Origin: the human T2T-CHM13v2.0 reference genome, Homo sapiens | NCBI RefSeq assembly: GCF_009914755.1 | Contig: NC_060925.1 | Reading direction: 5' to 3' (one strand) | Length of the DNA: 64,000 nucleotides | Part shown: positions 1 to 13,271 of the stretch, piece after piece | Layout of the letters: every line of letters begins with the position of its first letter | Numbering within the stretch: the first letter of the stretch is position 1 | The notes under the pieces: generated by a model | What the model saw: only the letters and a program-made list of their open reading frames with translations | What the model was told of the DNA's origin: nothing | Database searches by the model: none | Made by a program: the position numbers and the translations under genes

Positions 1-557
1 TGCTGGGGCGTTTTGAACTCATTGGCATCCCTCCTGCCCCACATGGAGTCCCCCAGATAGAGGTGACGTTTGACATTGATGCTAATGGCATCCTGAGCGT
101 GACAGCCACTGACAGGAGCACAGGTAAGGCTAACAAGATCACCAATGACAAGGGCCGGCTGAGCAAGGAGGAGGTGGAGAGGATGGTTCATGAAGCCGAG
201 CAGTACAGGGCTGAGGATAAGGCCCAGAGGGACAGAGTGGCTGCCAAAAACTCGCTGGAGGCCCATGTCTTCCATGTGAAAGGTTCTTTGCAAGAGGAAA
301 GCCTTAGGGACAAGATTCCCGAAGAGGACAGGCGCAAAGTGCAAGACAAGTGTCAGGAAGTCCTTGCCTGGCTGGAGCACAACCAGCTGGCAGAGAAGGA
401 GGAGTATGAGCATCAGAAGAGGGAGCTGGAGCAAATCTGTCGCCCCATCTTCTCCAGGCTCTATGGGGGGCCTGGTGTCCCTGGGGGCAGCAGTTGTAGC
501 GCTCAAGCCCACCAGGGGGACCCCAGCACCGGCCCCATCATTGAGGAGGTTGATTGA
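1..557 (+). pseudogene. HSPA7: 3' part of an intronless HSP70B-type gene: HSPA7 pseudogene (substrate-binding domain, lid, EEVD); 5' part lies outside the window
   Basis: Frame from nt 3 reads [31 protein letters not shown]...GPIIEEVD*, nearly identical to HSPA6. It has a 2-aa deletion (KITNDK vs KITITNDK) and R>H in PAPRG. Position next to FCGR3B rather than FCGR3A indicates HSPA7. Confidence 0.92.
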
Positions 558-750
558 ATGGCCCTTCGTGATAAGTCAGCTGTGACTGTCAGGGCTATGC
601 TATGGGCCTTCTAGACTGTCTTCTATGATCCTGCCCTTCAGAGATGAAGGGCTTGGGGGGGTCTTCCCTCCAAAGCTAGAACTTTCTTTCCAGGATAACT
701 GAAGTCTTTTGACTTTTTGGGGGGAGGGCGGTTCATCCTCTTCTGCTTCA

Positions 751-878
751 AATAAAAAGTCATTAATTTATTAAAACTTGTGTGGCACTTTAACATTGCT
801 TTCACCTATATTTTGTGTATTTTGTTACTTGTATGTATGAATTTTGTTATGTAAAATATAGTTATAGACCTAAATAAA
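751..878 (+). terminator. Two AATAAA polyadenylation signals of HSPA7 (751-756, 873-878)
   Basis: AATAAA hexamers in AT-rich sequence 200-320 nt after the stop codon. Confidence 0.6.
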
Positions 879-1939
879 CTTTTAAAACTCCTTCTTGCTT
901 TTCATTCCAACCAATCAAAGTACAAAAGTACATAAAGGCTTTCAGAAGCAGAAAATGTTGGGGTGGGTGCTGAAGGAGGAATGTGAAGAATATTCCTGAG
1001 ACCGTGTGCATGATTCCTATAGGGGAAGGCAGGGTTTGGAAAAGAGTTTGAGGCCAATACATTGGAACAGTACTGAAGAGTTAGGGCTGGTAAAGAGGAG
1101 AGGATTGAGATATAATGCAGGAAGAGAGAGGGAGAGATGTGGAATTGGAAAAGCAGAGAATGAAGAGAAACTTAAGTACTGGCAGTGTTTCCATGTGTGA
1201 TCCTATGATTCAAATTCTGTATTTTTGTCATAGGAACCTGGTTGAGTTTGTCAGTCTAGCTGTTTTAATAACACTAACAAATAGTTTACATGCTTATTAG
1301 CTGTTTGTAATCATGTCACTTTATCCATTGTTCTTTTAGAGAAAAGACTCTGAGTCCTGGACTCTGGAGGATGGTATATGTCAGAGGAAGTAGATCTGGT
1401 GGTACGATTAAAGTTACTATTGACTTTATCTATGTCAGAGAAATAGTATGATCCCATGTGGTTTCTGCCCATGGCATAATGAGGGTGTTGGAACAAGACT
1501 CTATAGATTTTCAGCCCTGCCACTTTATATACTGTGCAAATTAAACTCTCCAAGCTTCAGTTTCTCCTTCCCTGCAGTGGGGATGATGATGATGATAACA
1601 GTACCAACCTCCAGACTGTTGTGAGGGTTCAATGAATTAATATATGTAAGAGGCAAAGAAGAAAGGTGTATAATATACTATCAACAAACATTAGCAATTA
1701 CTATTAATTGTTAGTTGGGTGATAACTATGTACTAGGTACTTGACATACACAATCTAACTTAATCTTCACAGTAGCATTATGGAATACTATCTTCTTTTT
1801 GAAGATGAGCATTATGAGGTTCAAAGAGGTTAAACAATTTATTCAAAGACACAAAGCTATAAAGTGGGGACAGGAAGGCTGGAATGAAGAACCCTGTCCT
1901 GCCTGAGTCTAGAGCCTCAGCATGCCACCTTACAAATAG

Positions 1940-2346
<407 letters not shown>

Positions 2347-3487
2347 AGTTGTGTGTTTTTTATAGCAAGTGACGGAATCTGCAAAATATCCTTAGGCACA
2401 ACTTTACTGCCAGTTGAGTCAATGACAATATAAAAGCAAGGATATTTGCCTTTGCTTTGTTGGTGTAAACAAAATAATCAAAAGGATAACCTTGTGTTAG
2501 TTCCCAGTCAATCCAATCCAGAGTATATTTGCCCTGTGCACATTGGGAGATTTATTTTCATCTCAGAAATTATGGGAGAGCTTGGCTAGAACAATGCTAC
2601 ATTATACATTATATTTCTTAGGTTGATTTTTTAAAGACGGAGAGAAGGTTACACTAACAACGCACTTGTCCCTGGCTGTCATTTCACATTTTTAACTGCC
2701 CTTTTTTCCTGGCCCTGGCCCAAGTCTTACGCAGCCTGGCTTCACATGGAAGGAACCTGAAAAAAAAAAAAAAAAGAGAGAGAGATGGAGTGACACGTAC
2801 ATCCTGCATTACATTCTTCCTTTCCTGAATCTCATCTCAATTCTCAACATTGACCCCCCTCAACCTGTTTGAACTTCTCAAGAGGATTGATGGTACTCAC
2901 TTTTATATAGTTTCTTAGTATTTTGATAGCATGCCTTTTCTCCTTTTAAAAAACCCAACACACACGGAATATAAGAAGAAAGATTTTTATCGTGTTTAGT
3001 TGTGACATCTCAGATCCTCCCATTTGGGTGCAATCTATTTTTCTACAGAGAAATATAAACAAACTTTATTTACTTTTAAATGTCTGTTGATCATTTTGGT
3101 TTAGTTTCTTTGGGGACTGTTTCTTGTATACTAGGTATCTAAAAATCCTTATATTGTATGTAGTCTTAGTTTGATTATTGTAATCACAACTATGTCACCC
3201 AGTTCCAAAGGGGGGGAAAAAGTTTGAACAAATTAAATCAGAACACATGCCCATTATTAAAAAAATCAATTCTTGGTACAAGCAGTTTCTTGCCCCCTTC
3301 CCAGGTCCTACTCCTCACAGGCAACCACTTTCAAGTTGTTGGTTTTTTAAAAGAATTTTTGATTTTGCAATAATTTTAGATGAACAGACAAGTTGCAAAG
3401 ATACTACATAAAGTTATTACTCTATATCCTTTCTACTTCCCCTAATGTTAAAACCTTACATAACCATGTTATATTTATCAAACCTAA

Positions 3488-3802
<315 letters not shown>

Positions 3803-4286
3803 GCTGGGGAGCGGGGCAAGGCGGTGGAGAATCTGATCCTTACCAAAGTTTGACACTACTGCGTTAGCGTTAAAAAAAAAAACCCAGCTAAGACTGTAGA
3901 GCAAATTAAAGGATCCTGTGTTGAGGGCGTTCTCTTGTTTAGTCAAAGGAGATGGTATCTGCCTGCCTTAGTGTGCTTGACGCACAGAAAGGGCTCAACA
4001 CATTGTTGTTGAATAAAAGAATGGATAAATTGACACTGGGAAGTTGGAGTCCAAAGTTAAACTTAGTCTCAACTGCTCCCTGTTTTCATAGACCAGACTC
4101 CAGCCTACAATACAGGAAAAATAGATTTAGTTCTATATGTGCAGAGAAGCACAAATAATTTTCGTAAATGTAGATACCCAGGATAAAACGCAGTGTTGAC
4201 CGATCGAAAAGTCTTTCTCTAAGAATTCAAACATAATTGCTGGTTGGTTCAAATCAGGAGGAAAAGTAAGGATGGAAAACATACGT

Positions 4287-4370
4287 TGTCAAAAGTGGGA
4301 TTCGAACCCACGCCTCCAGCGGAGGGTGCGATTTGAACGCAGCGCCTTAAGACTGCTCGGCCATCCTGAC
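4287..4370 (-). tRNA. Intronless tRNA-Leu with CAA anticodon on a Leu-CAG-type body (degenerate)
   Basis: Reverse complement is GTCAGGATGGCCGAGCAGTCTTAAGGCGCTGCGTT-CAA-ATCGCACCCTCCGCTGGAGGCGTGGGTTCGAATCCCACTTTTGACA. Long variable arm, intact B-box, T4 terminator at 4276-4279. Confidence 0.9.
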
Positions 4371-4479
4371 ACACGTTTTGCTAAACTTCCTAATTTCTCC
4401 TAATTTTATCATATACTGATGGTGCACGCTATCAGGTCACATTAATGTGTCTATTTACTGTTTCAAATAAAATTGTAAC

Positions 4480-5250
4480 TCTCTCTAGACCTTGTCGCAA
4501 AGCGGGAAAAATGAAACAGCCTCCGACAGCTCTTTCCTCTTTCCTCACTACCCAAACTAAACCTTAAGGCTCCATTTTCCCTGGCGACTCTTCGAGCGCC
4601 CCTCTGCTTCTGTAGAGGGGTCGAGCCATGTCAAGGTAGACCCTGTGTCGGCCCGTCTCCCTCGGATCCTCCGCACCAATCACTGTTGCTGAATCCGACA
4701 CCCGGCGGATCCAGTGCGGAGTCTCGAACAGCTGCGGAGCTGGGAGCTACGGGACATGAGGAGTGCGCGGGGGAAGAGAAGACGGCGGAGGAAAATCCCC
4801 CGGCGGTGCTCAACTGCGGCTTTCTCTCTCGGCTGTGAGCCGGCTCCGCCCTCCGGCTTCCAGAGCAAGTGGCTTCTGCGTTCACCGCCCCCCGCCGTTT
4901 GTGGGGCGGGGCCGATTCATAAGAATCGGTTCTCACCAATGGAGGGCTTAGCATGTTTAACCTCAGGATCATAAACAAAAGACACTGCTAGAACGGTCGG
5001 GAAAGTCATACGCTTTGCTTATCTTATATATAGATTTCTAAAATTCCAAACCGGGGACGCGTTGGTGGTGTAGTGGTGAGCACAGCTGCCTTTCAAGCAG
5101 TTAACGCGGGTTCGATTCCCGGGTAACGAAACGTTTTTGTCTTTCCTTCTACGAAAAACTTTTCTGAGCCGGAGCCTCCAGCGCGCTGTGTATTCGTTTT
5201 ACGCCTCAACGAAACTGCAGCAATACCTCACTTTCCGTACTCGCTTCCTG
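4480..5250. promoter_or_regulatory. CpG island spanning the interval between the divergent tRNA genes, with CCAAT and GC boxes
   Basis: High GC and CpG density; CCAAT at 4676 and 4936; GGGGCGGGGC at 4903-4912. Confidence 0.6.
5059..5130 (+). tRNA. tRNA with TTC (Glu) anticodon on a Gly-TCC-type body; probably a pseudo-tRNA
   Basis: GCGTTGGTGGTGTAGTGGTGAGCACAGCTGCCT-TTC-AAGCAGTTAACGCGGGTTCGATTCCCGGGTAACGAA. Intact A- and B-boxes, T5 terminator at 5134-5138, mismatched acceptor stem. Confidence 0.88.
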
Positions 5251-7002
5251 TCTTTCCCCTGGCCTCTTTCTAAACCCAGGCTTTTTTTGAAGGGATTAAA
5301 TTCTGATGGTTCTTTCCTCCCTTCCTTCCTTTGTAAACTTCCAACTCTTGAGGAATCTTTGGGATCATTTCAATCCTGGGATGAGTCTTAGCTTCAGAAA
5401 GGGGCTCTTGTGTCTTCACTTGCGAGGTTCATTCGCTAGCCTCTACAAATCATCACTTAAGCCCCTAATTATTCCCGGCCGAGGTCCTAGGCTAAGGTCC
5501 CGGGCCAAGCTTTCTAATTAGTCCCAGGCCAAGGTCCCAGGCCAACCTAAATCACGCATTCTCCAAAACAGCCGGCAAACTAAGCACATTCCTTCCCGTT
5601 TCCAGTCCATAAAACCCCCCCCCAAGTGGCCTCATAGTAAGCAACTCATTCGGGCCTCCTCTCTGCTGGCAAAAAGCTCAGATGTACTGGACTGTGCATT
5701 TGATTTGGAACTGAGTTACATGGGAGAGAAGCAGGGATTCAGTTTGGCTGGGAATCAAACTCTTTTGATAATTTCCTAATAAACTGATAGTCATTAGATG
5801 ACTTGTAGTCTCGATAAGTTGAAACTTTTTCCTAACATGCTGTTTATGATACTGAGTTCTTTGTCACCGGTTGAACTAACAGCAATTGTATTCACAAATT
5901 TTCCAGCCTTTAAAATACTGTCTGAGGGTTTTATGTATCCGTTATCTTTTATTATACAAAAGTCATTTATTGGAATGACATATATAATTAGATAGACCCT
6001 AACCATTCAGGCTGGATGAGGCAACACAGTGTGAAGATTAAGTGCATGGGCTCTGTTGTGCTTCCTGTGTTTGAATCTTGGCTCTCTTTGTCTCCATTTC
6101 CTCCTGTAAAAGAGGATAATGATGATAATTTTAATTCTTCAATGGGTTAATATATAAACATATATTACAAATGTATAAACATTGCCAGGAGGGTCCATTG
6201 TTAATGCCTGTAGTGGGATGATGTTTGAGATTTTAAGTCTCATTCCCTAAAATGGAGGTGAAATTCAACAGGGATGGGAAGAAAGGACATCTGCACCTCA
6301 GCCACCCTTTAGCTCCAAACCTCCCTTATGCTCTCATCTGCCCCACAGCCTCCATCCTGTAACAAGAGGACCAGCTGTGCCAGTGGAGGCCACAGCATCT
6401 AGCTTATGCCTCCAATGTAACCTGTTACTGCCCACCTGCTCTCCCTGATATTCTCTGACTCTTAGTACTAAGGTCCCACAGAGGCTGCAGTGCCCACAGG
6501 CAAGAAGAACCAAAGGGTATTACTGACTGGTAGTGGCTAGCCACAGCTGTGTGGGGCCAGATTGACACTGCGCAATCGCTAAGTGGATCAGCGTTCAGGC
6601 TGCCCTGTCTTGGGAGACATACAGAGACAGGGACCTATAACCAACACCTGCCATAGGCTGGCTTCAGTTAGCCCTTCACGTTGGGATTCACTGAGTGGTT
6701 TTTCTGGAAGTGGCCACCTAGAGTTCCCTGTGGCCAGCCAAGGTATGGGGGCTGGCTTTTTGGGATGTCTAGGGAAAGCCAAAAGCAAAACCCAGAAGAT
6801 AATTCTTTTTGTGGAGGAGTTAACAGATATAGCACTGACCAATCAGAATAGCCACTGGCTATACATTTCCCCATTATAACAGGATTCACTGCATTCCATA
6901 AATTTTATTTTTTTTAATTTCCAAATATATGAAGGCTTTTAAAAGTTATTTTTTGTTATTGATTTCTGAGTTAAATTCCTTATGTTCAGAAAATGTGCTT
7001 CA

Positions 7003-7374
<372 letters not shown>

Positions 7375-7905
7375 GAAACTTATCAGCCTCATATAAAGTC
7401 AGTTTTCATAATATCCCATGTGAGTTTGAGAAGAATGTACAACTAATAATTATTGATTGCAGTTCTATATATATATATCTGTTAAATTGAGCTTGTTAAT
7501 TGCATTCATATGCTTAATAAAAGTAAATAAGAAAAAGAGACACACGCTTAATAATTTTTTTCTGTTTGATCTAGTAAGGGTTGAAGTATGCGGAATTCTC
7601 TCACTGTGGCGACGGATTTGTTCATTTTCCCTTGTAGGCCTAATTCTTGCTTTCATATTTTAATGCCATTTTATCTGTTATATATTCATCAGTAGTTTAA
7701 TCTTTTATTATATGATGACCATCTTCATCCCTAATGATGCATTATTTCTTAAACTTTATTTTGTCTGATATTGTATAGCTATATGCCAACTTTCTTTTTG
7801 TTAGAATATTCCTGGCATTCCCTTTTCCATTTAGTCTTTCTGTTTCTTTACGTTTTAATGTCATTCTTCTAAACAGAATAAAACTGATCTTAAAAATTCA
7901 CTTTA

Positions 7906-8262
<357 letters not shown>

Positions 8263-8300
8263 TCACCACCTCGTTTTGTACTTTTGACCTCAATTATTCT

Positions 8301-9769
8301 TTTTTTTTTATTTTTTTTTAATTGATCATTCTTGGGTGTTTCTCACAGAGGGGGATTTGGCAGGGTCATAGGACAATGGTGGAGGGAGGGTCAGCAGATA
8401 AAGAAGTGAACAAAGGTCTCTGGTTTTCCTAGGCAGAGGACCCTGCGGCCTTCCGCAGTGTTTGTGTCCCTGGGTACTTGAGATTAGGGAGTGGCGATGA
8501 CTCTTAACGAGCATGCTGCCTTCAAGCATCTGTTTAACAAAGCACATCTTCCACTGCCCTTAATCCATTTAACCCTGAGTGAACACAGCACATGTTTCAG
8601 AGAGCACAGGGTTGGGGGTAAGGTCATACATAGATCAACAGCATCCCAAGGCAGAAGAATTTTTCTTAGTACAGAACAAAATGGAGTTTCCCATGTCTAC
8701 TTCTTTCTACACAGACACAGCAACAATCTGATTTCTCTATCTTTTCCCCACATTTCCCCCTTTTCTATTCCACAAAACCGCCATCGTCATCATGGCCCGT
8801 TCTCAACGAGCTGTTGGGTATAGCTCACAGACGGGGTGGCGGCTGGGCAGAGGGGCTCCTCACTTCCCAGAAGGGGCAGACGGGCAGAGGCACCCCCCAC
8901 CTCCCGGACGGGGCGGTGGCAGGGCAGAGTCCCCCCCCATCTCCCTCCCAGATGGGGTGGCTGCCGGGCAGAGGCGCTCCTCACTTCCCAGACGGGGCGG
9001 CTGCCGGGCGGAGGGGCTCCTCACTTCTCAGACGGGGCGGCTGGGCAGAGACGCTCCTCACCTCCCAGACGGGGTCGCGGCCGGGCAGAGGTGCTCCTCA
9101 CATCCCAGACGTGGCGGCGGGGCAGAGGCGCTCCCCACATCTCAGACGATGGGCAGCCGGGCAGAGATGCTCCTCACTTCCTAGATGGGATGGAGGCCAG
9201 GAAGAGGCTCTCCTCACTTCCCAGACTGGGCAGCCGGGCAGAGGGGCTCCTCACATCCCAGACGATGGGAGGCCAGGCAGAGACGCTCCTCACTTCCCAG
9301 ACGGGGTGGCAGCCGGGCAGAGGCTGCAATCTCGGCACTTTGGGAGGCCAAGTCAGGCGGCTGGGAGGTGGAGGTTGTAGCTAGCCGAGACCACGCCACT
9401 GCACTCCAGCCTGGGCAACATTGAGCACTGAGTGAACGAGACTCCGTCTGCAATCCCGGCACCTTGGGAGGCCGAGGCTGGCAGATCACTCGCGGTTAGG
9501 AGCTGGAGACCAGCACGGCCAACACGGCGAAACCCCGTCTCCACCAAAAAAATACGAAAACCAGTCAGGCATGGCGGCGTGCGCCTGCAATCGCAGGCAC
9601 TCGGCAGGCTGAGGCAGGAGAATCAGGCAGGTAGGTTGCAGTAAGCCGAGATGGCAGCAGCACAGTGCAGCTTCGGCTGGGCATCAGAGGGAGACCGTGG
9701 AAAGAGAGGGAGAGAGAGACTGTGGGGAGAGGGGGAGGGGAGGGGGAGGGGGAGAGGGAGAGGGAGAGC
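8301..9769 (-). mobile_element. Full-length SVA retrotransposon
   Basis: On the minus strand: degenerate CCCTCT hexamers (~9700-9769), Alu-like domain (~9320-9700), GC-rich VNTR (~8820-9320), SINE-R (~8321-8820), poly(A) (8301-8319). Candidate TSD tattctttt at 8295-8303 and 9770-9778. Confidence 0.95.
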
Positions 9770-9996
9770 TATTCTTTTATTCTTTAAAAATTCTTCCTTT
9801 TTACTCTCCTGCTTTTGCATTGCTGTCACATACATGTAAAATGTAGCATAGGAAATGTATACGTATTCACAATCAACTGGAAACTAATAACTTTTTATTT
9901 CTGCTGTCAATCCAACAATGGAGGTAAAGCACAGAGTGGTAGTTCCAAACTTGAACTTCACAGATGAACAAAATTTCCCCACAATGTTGGTTACTG

Positions 9997-10143
9997 GCCA
10001 GGCGAGGTGGCTCAAGCCTGTAATCCCAACTACTTGGGAAGCTAAGGCAGGAGGATTGCTTGAGCTTGAGAGTTGCAGGCTGCAGTGAGCTAAGATCGTG
10101 CAGCTACACTCCAACCTAGGTGATAGAGCAAGACCCTGTCTCT
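9997..10143 (+). mobile_element. Monomeric Alu (FAM/FRAM-like)
   Basis: Single old Alu monomer. Confidence 0.75.
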
Positions 10144-10284
10144 AATGACATCAGAAAAGTTGGTTACTAGTATAGGGTGGCCAACTTTTCATTTTGCCAA
10201 ATTGCAAAATTCATAAAACAAATAGCCACAAAACTATCATCTATCCTAATTTTAATTTTAAAAAAGAAAGGACATTTAAAAACA

Positions 10285-11968
10285 ACTTATTTTGGCAAAT
10301 GAAAACTTATTACTATTGGGTTTTCACCATTAAAGCTGATGAGCTTGGTCTTTCCTCCTTGCTTTTGATAGGGCCGAAAGAGAGACATTGGCTACTTTAA
10401 CAACTTTAAGGTGGACTCCAGGAATATCACCAACAGCATGACCTTTTCTGCCAAATCCAGCAACCAGAACTGTTGCAGGAAGTCAGGGACCCTGAACGGA
10501 GGGACCAGCTGGAGCCGAGGCAGAAGAACATAAATTGTGATGATTTCATGGACATTTGTCAGTTTCCAAAATTAATACTTTTATAATTTCTTACACCTGT
10601 CTTTACTGCAATCTCTGAACATAAATTGTGAAGATTTCATGGACATTTATCACTTCCCCAATCAATACTCTTATAATTTCTTATGCCTCTCTTTAATCTC
10701 TTAATCCTGTCATCTTCGTAAGCTGAGGATGTGTGTCACCTCAGGACCCTGTGATGGTTGCGTTAACTGTACAAATTGTAAAACATCTGTGTTTGAACAA
10801 TATGAAATCAGTGCACCCTGAAAAAGAACAGAATAACAGCAATTTTCAGGGAACAAGGAAAGATAACTGTAAGGTCTGACTGCCTGTGGGGTCGGGCAGA
10901 ATAGTGTCATATTTTTCTTCTTGCAGAGAGCCTATAGATGGACATGTGAGTAGGAGAAATATTGCTGAATTCTTTTCCCCACAAGGAATATTAATAATTG
11001 ATAGCCCTGGGGAAGGAATGCATTCCTGGGGGTAGGTCTATAGATGGCCGCTCTGGGAGTCTCAGTCTTATGTGGTTGAGATAAGGACTGAAATACACCC
11101 TGGTCTCCTGCAGTACCCTCAGGCTTACTAGGATTGGGAAATTCCAGCCTGGTAAATTCTAGTCAGACCAGTTGTCTGCTCTCGAACCCTGTTTCCTGTT
11201 AAGATGTTTATCAAGACAATGCGTGCACAGCGGGACATAGGCCCTCATCAGTAATTCTAATTTTGCCTTGCCTTGTGATCTTTTATCGCCCTTTGAAGCA
11301 TGTGATCTTTGTGACTTACTCCCTGTTTGTACACCCCCTCCCCTTTTAGAATCCCTAATAAAAACTTGCTGGTTTTGTGGCTCAGGTGGCCATCATGGAA
11401 CCTGCCAATATGTGATGTCACCCCTGGCGGCCCAGCAGTAAAATTTTTCTCTTTGTACTCTTTCTCTTCATTTCTCAGACCGGTCAACACTTAGGGAAAA
11501 TAGAAAAGAACCTACATTGAAATATTGGGTGCTGGTTCCCCTGATACAGAACTTCATCATTTTTTTCAATAAAATTCAAGCAATCATCATCAGGTACAAA
11601 GGCTGTGATTTTCTTGCTGTTCTCTCATCTGCCTCACAGCCTCCAACCTGTAACAAGAGGATCAGCTGTGCCAGTGGAGACCACAGCATCTAGCTTATGC
11701 TGGATGATCAGATTGGCCCTGGCACACTTCTCAGTGGCAGAGCTGGGCTATTTGGCTCCAATCCCTACTTTTTCCAGCCCAATTCCCTTTGCATGAGAAG
11801 CACCTCCAAAAGGGCTGGTCTTCAGGACTGTGCCCGAATGGGCTTTCTTGTACCATTTACCATGCCACTTCTGATCCTGTCGGTGACAATGGAGCTTCCT
11901 GGCGGTAGACAGTCCATGACACTTGCCCATATTGCCAGCTCCACAGGTCTGAGCAAAAGAACAGAGAC
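10285..11968 (-). pseudogene. Processed pseudogene of ribosomal protein S23, in three pieces
   Basis: ATG at 11930: [13 protein letters not shown]...[10 protein letters not shown] then PSSATEKCARANLI. After a 79-bp insert: [25 protein letters not shown]. After the LTR: [29 protein letters not shown]. Colinear with RPS23, intronless, with UTR remnants. Confidence 0.93.
10471..11546 (+). mobile_element. MER11-family solo LTR (HERV-K/HML-8 group)
   Basis: Starts tgttgcaggaagtcagggaccc and ends gctggttcccctgata. AATAAA at 11357. Exact 6-bp TSD cagaac at 10465-10470 and 11547-11552. Confidence 0.88.
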
Positions 11969-11997
11969 AAAAATTTAAAATAAAAGAAATGACTCTA

Positions 11998-12484
<487 letters not shown>

Positions 12485-12797
12485 AAATGACTCTAGTTTA
12501 AAGATCATTTGGCAAATTTATTTATTTACTTATTTAGTATACATATGATACACATATATGTATTTTACATAAGATATAAAATATGTGTACACATAAACAT
12601 ATATGCATATATAATTTCTGCATATGCATATCTATGTTTGCATGTCTTCTCATTTCACTAAACATCATTGAAAACTTCCACCTGCAACTAAACTGGAGCC
12701 CACTGATGACAGAGGATGGCAGGGCAGAAAGAAAGGAGATTCTGTGTGGAGGCTATGGAGAGGCCCTGGGTCTTGGGCAGTATAGAAAATGGCTTTT

Positions 12798-13271
12798 GTC
12801 CAAGTGTTCTTATTGCTCAATTCCCACCTATGAGTGAGAACATGCGGTGTTTGATTTTCTGTCCTTGCGAAAGTTTGTTTAGACTGATGGTTTCCAGCTT
12901 CATCTATGTCCCTACAAAGGACATGAACTCATCCTTTTTTATGGCTGCATAGTATTCTATAGTGTATATGTGCCACATTTTCTTACTCCAGTCTATCATT
13001 GATGGACATTTGGGTTGGTTCCAAGTCTTTGCTATTGTGAATATTTCCGCAATAAACTTACGTGTGCACGGGTGGGGAACATCACACACCGGGACCTGTC
13101 GTGGGTGGGGAAGGGGGGAGGGATAACATTAGGAAAAACACCTAATGTAAATGACGAGTTAATGGGTGCAGCACACCAACATGGCACATGTATACATATG
13201 TAACAAACCTGCACCTTGTGCACATGTAGCCTAGAACTTGAAGTATATATATATGAATTAAAGAAAAAAAA
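12798..13271. mobile_element. 5'-truncated, 5'-inverted L1PA (twin-priming structure)
   Basis: Antisense L1 3' segment (12798-~13066) joined to the adjacent sense 3' UTR and A-rich tail (~13067-13271). TSD core ggctttt at 12791 and 13272. Confidence 0.85.

Noticed and set aside
4595-4610. Possible CTCF motif near the tRNA genes
   Set aside because: Spacing does not fit the CCASYAGRKGGCRS core.
5470-5550. Five degenerate 13-bp repeats (tcccaggccaagg)
   Set aside because: Embedded in LTR-like sequence with no spacers; not a CRISPR-like array.
8326-9839. Many overlapping 60-188 aa ORFs on both strands
   Set aside because: All fall in the GC-rich SVA VNTR, Alu-like and SINE-R domains; not genes.
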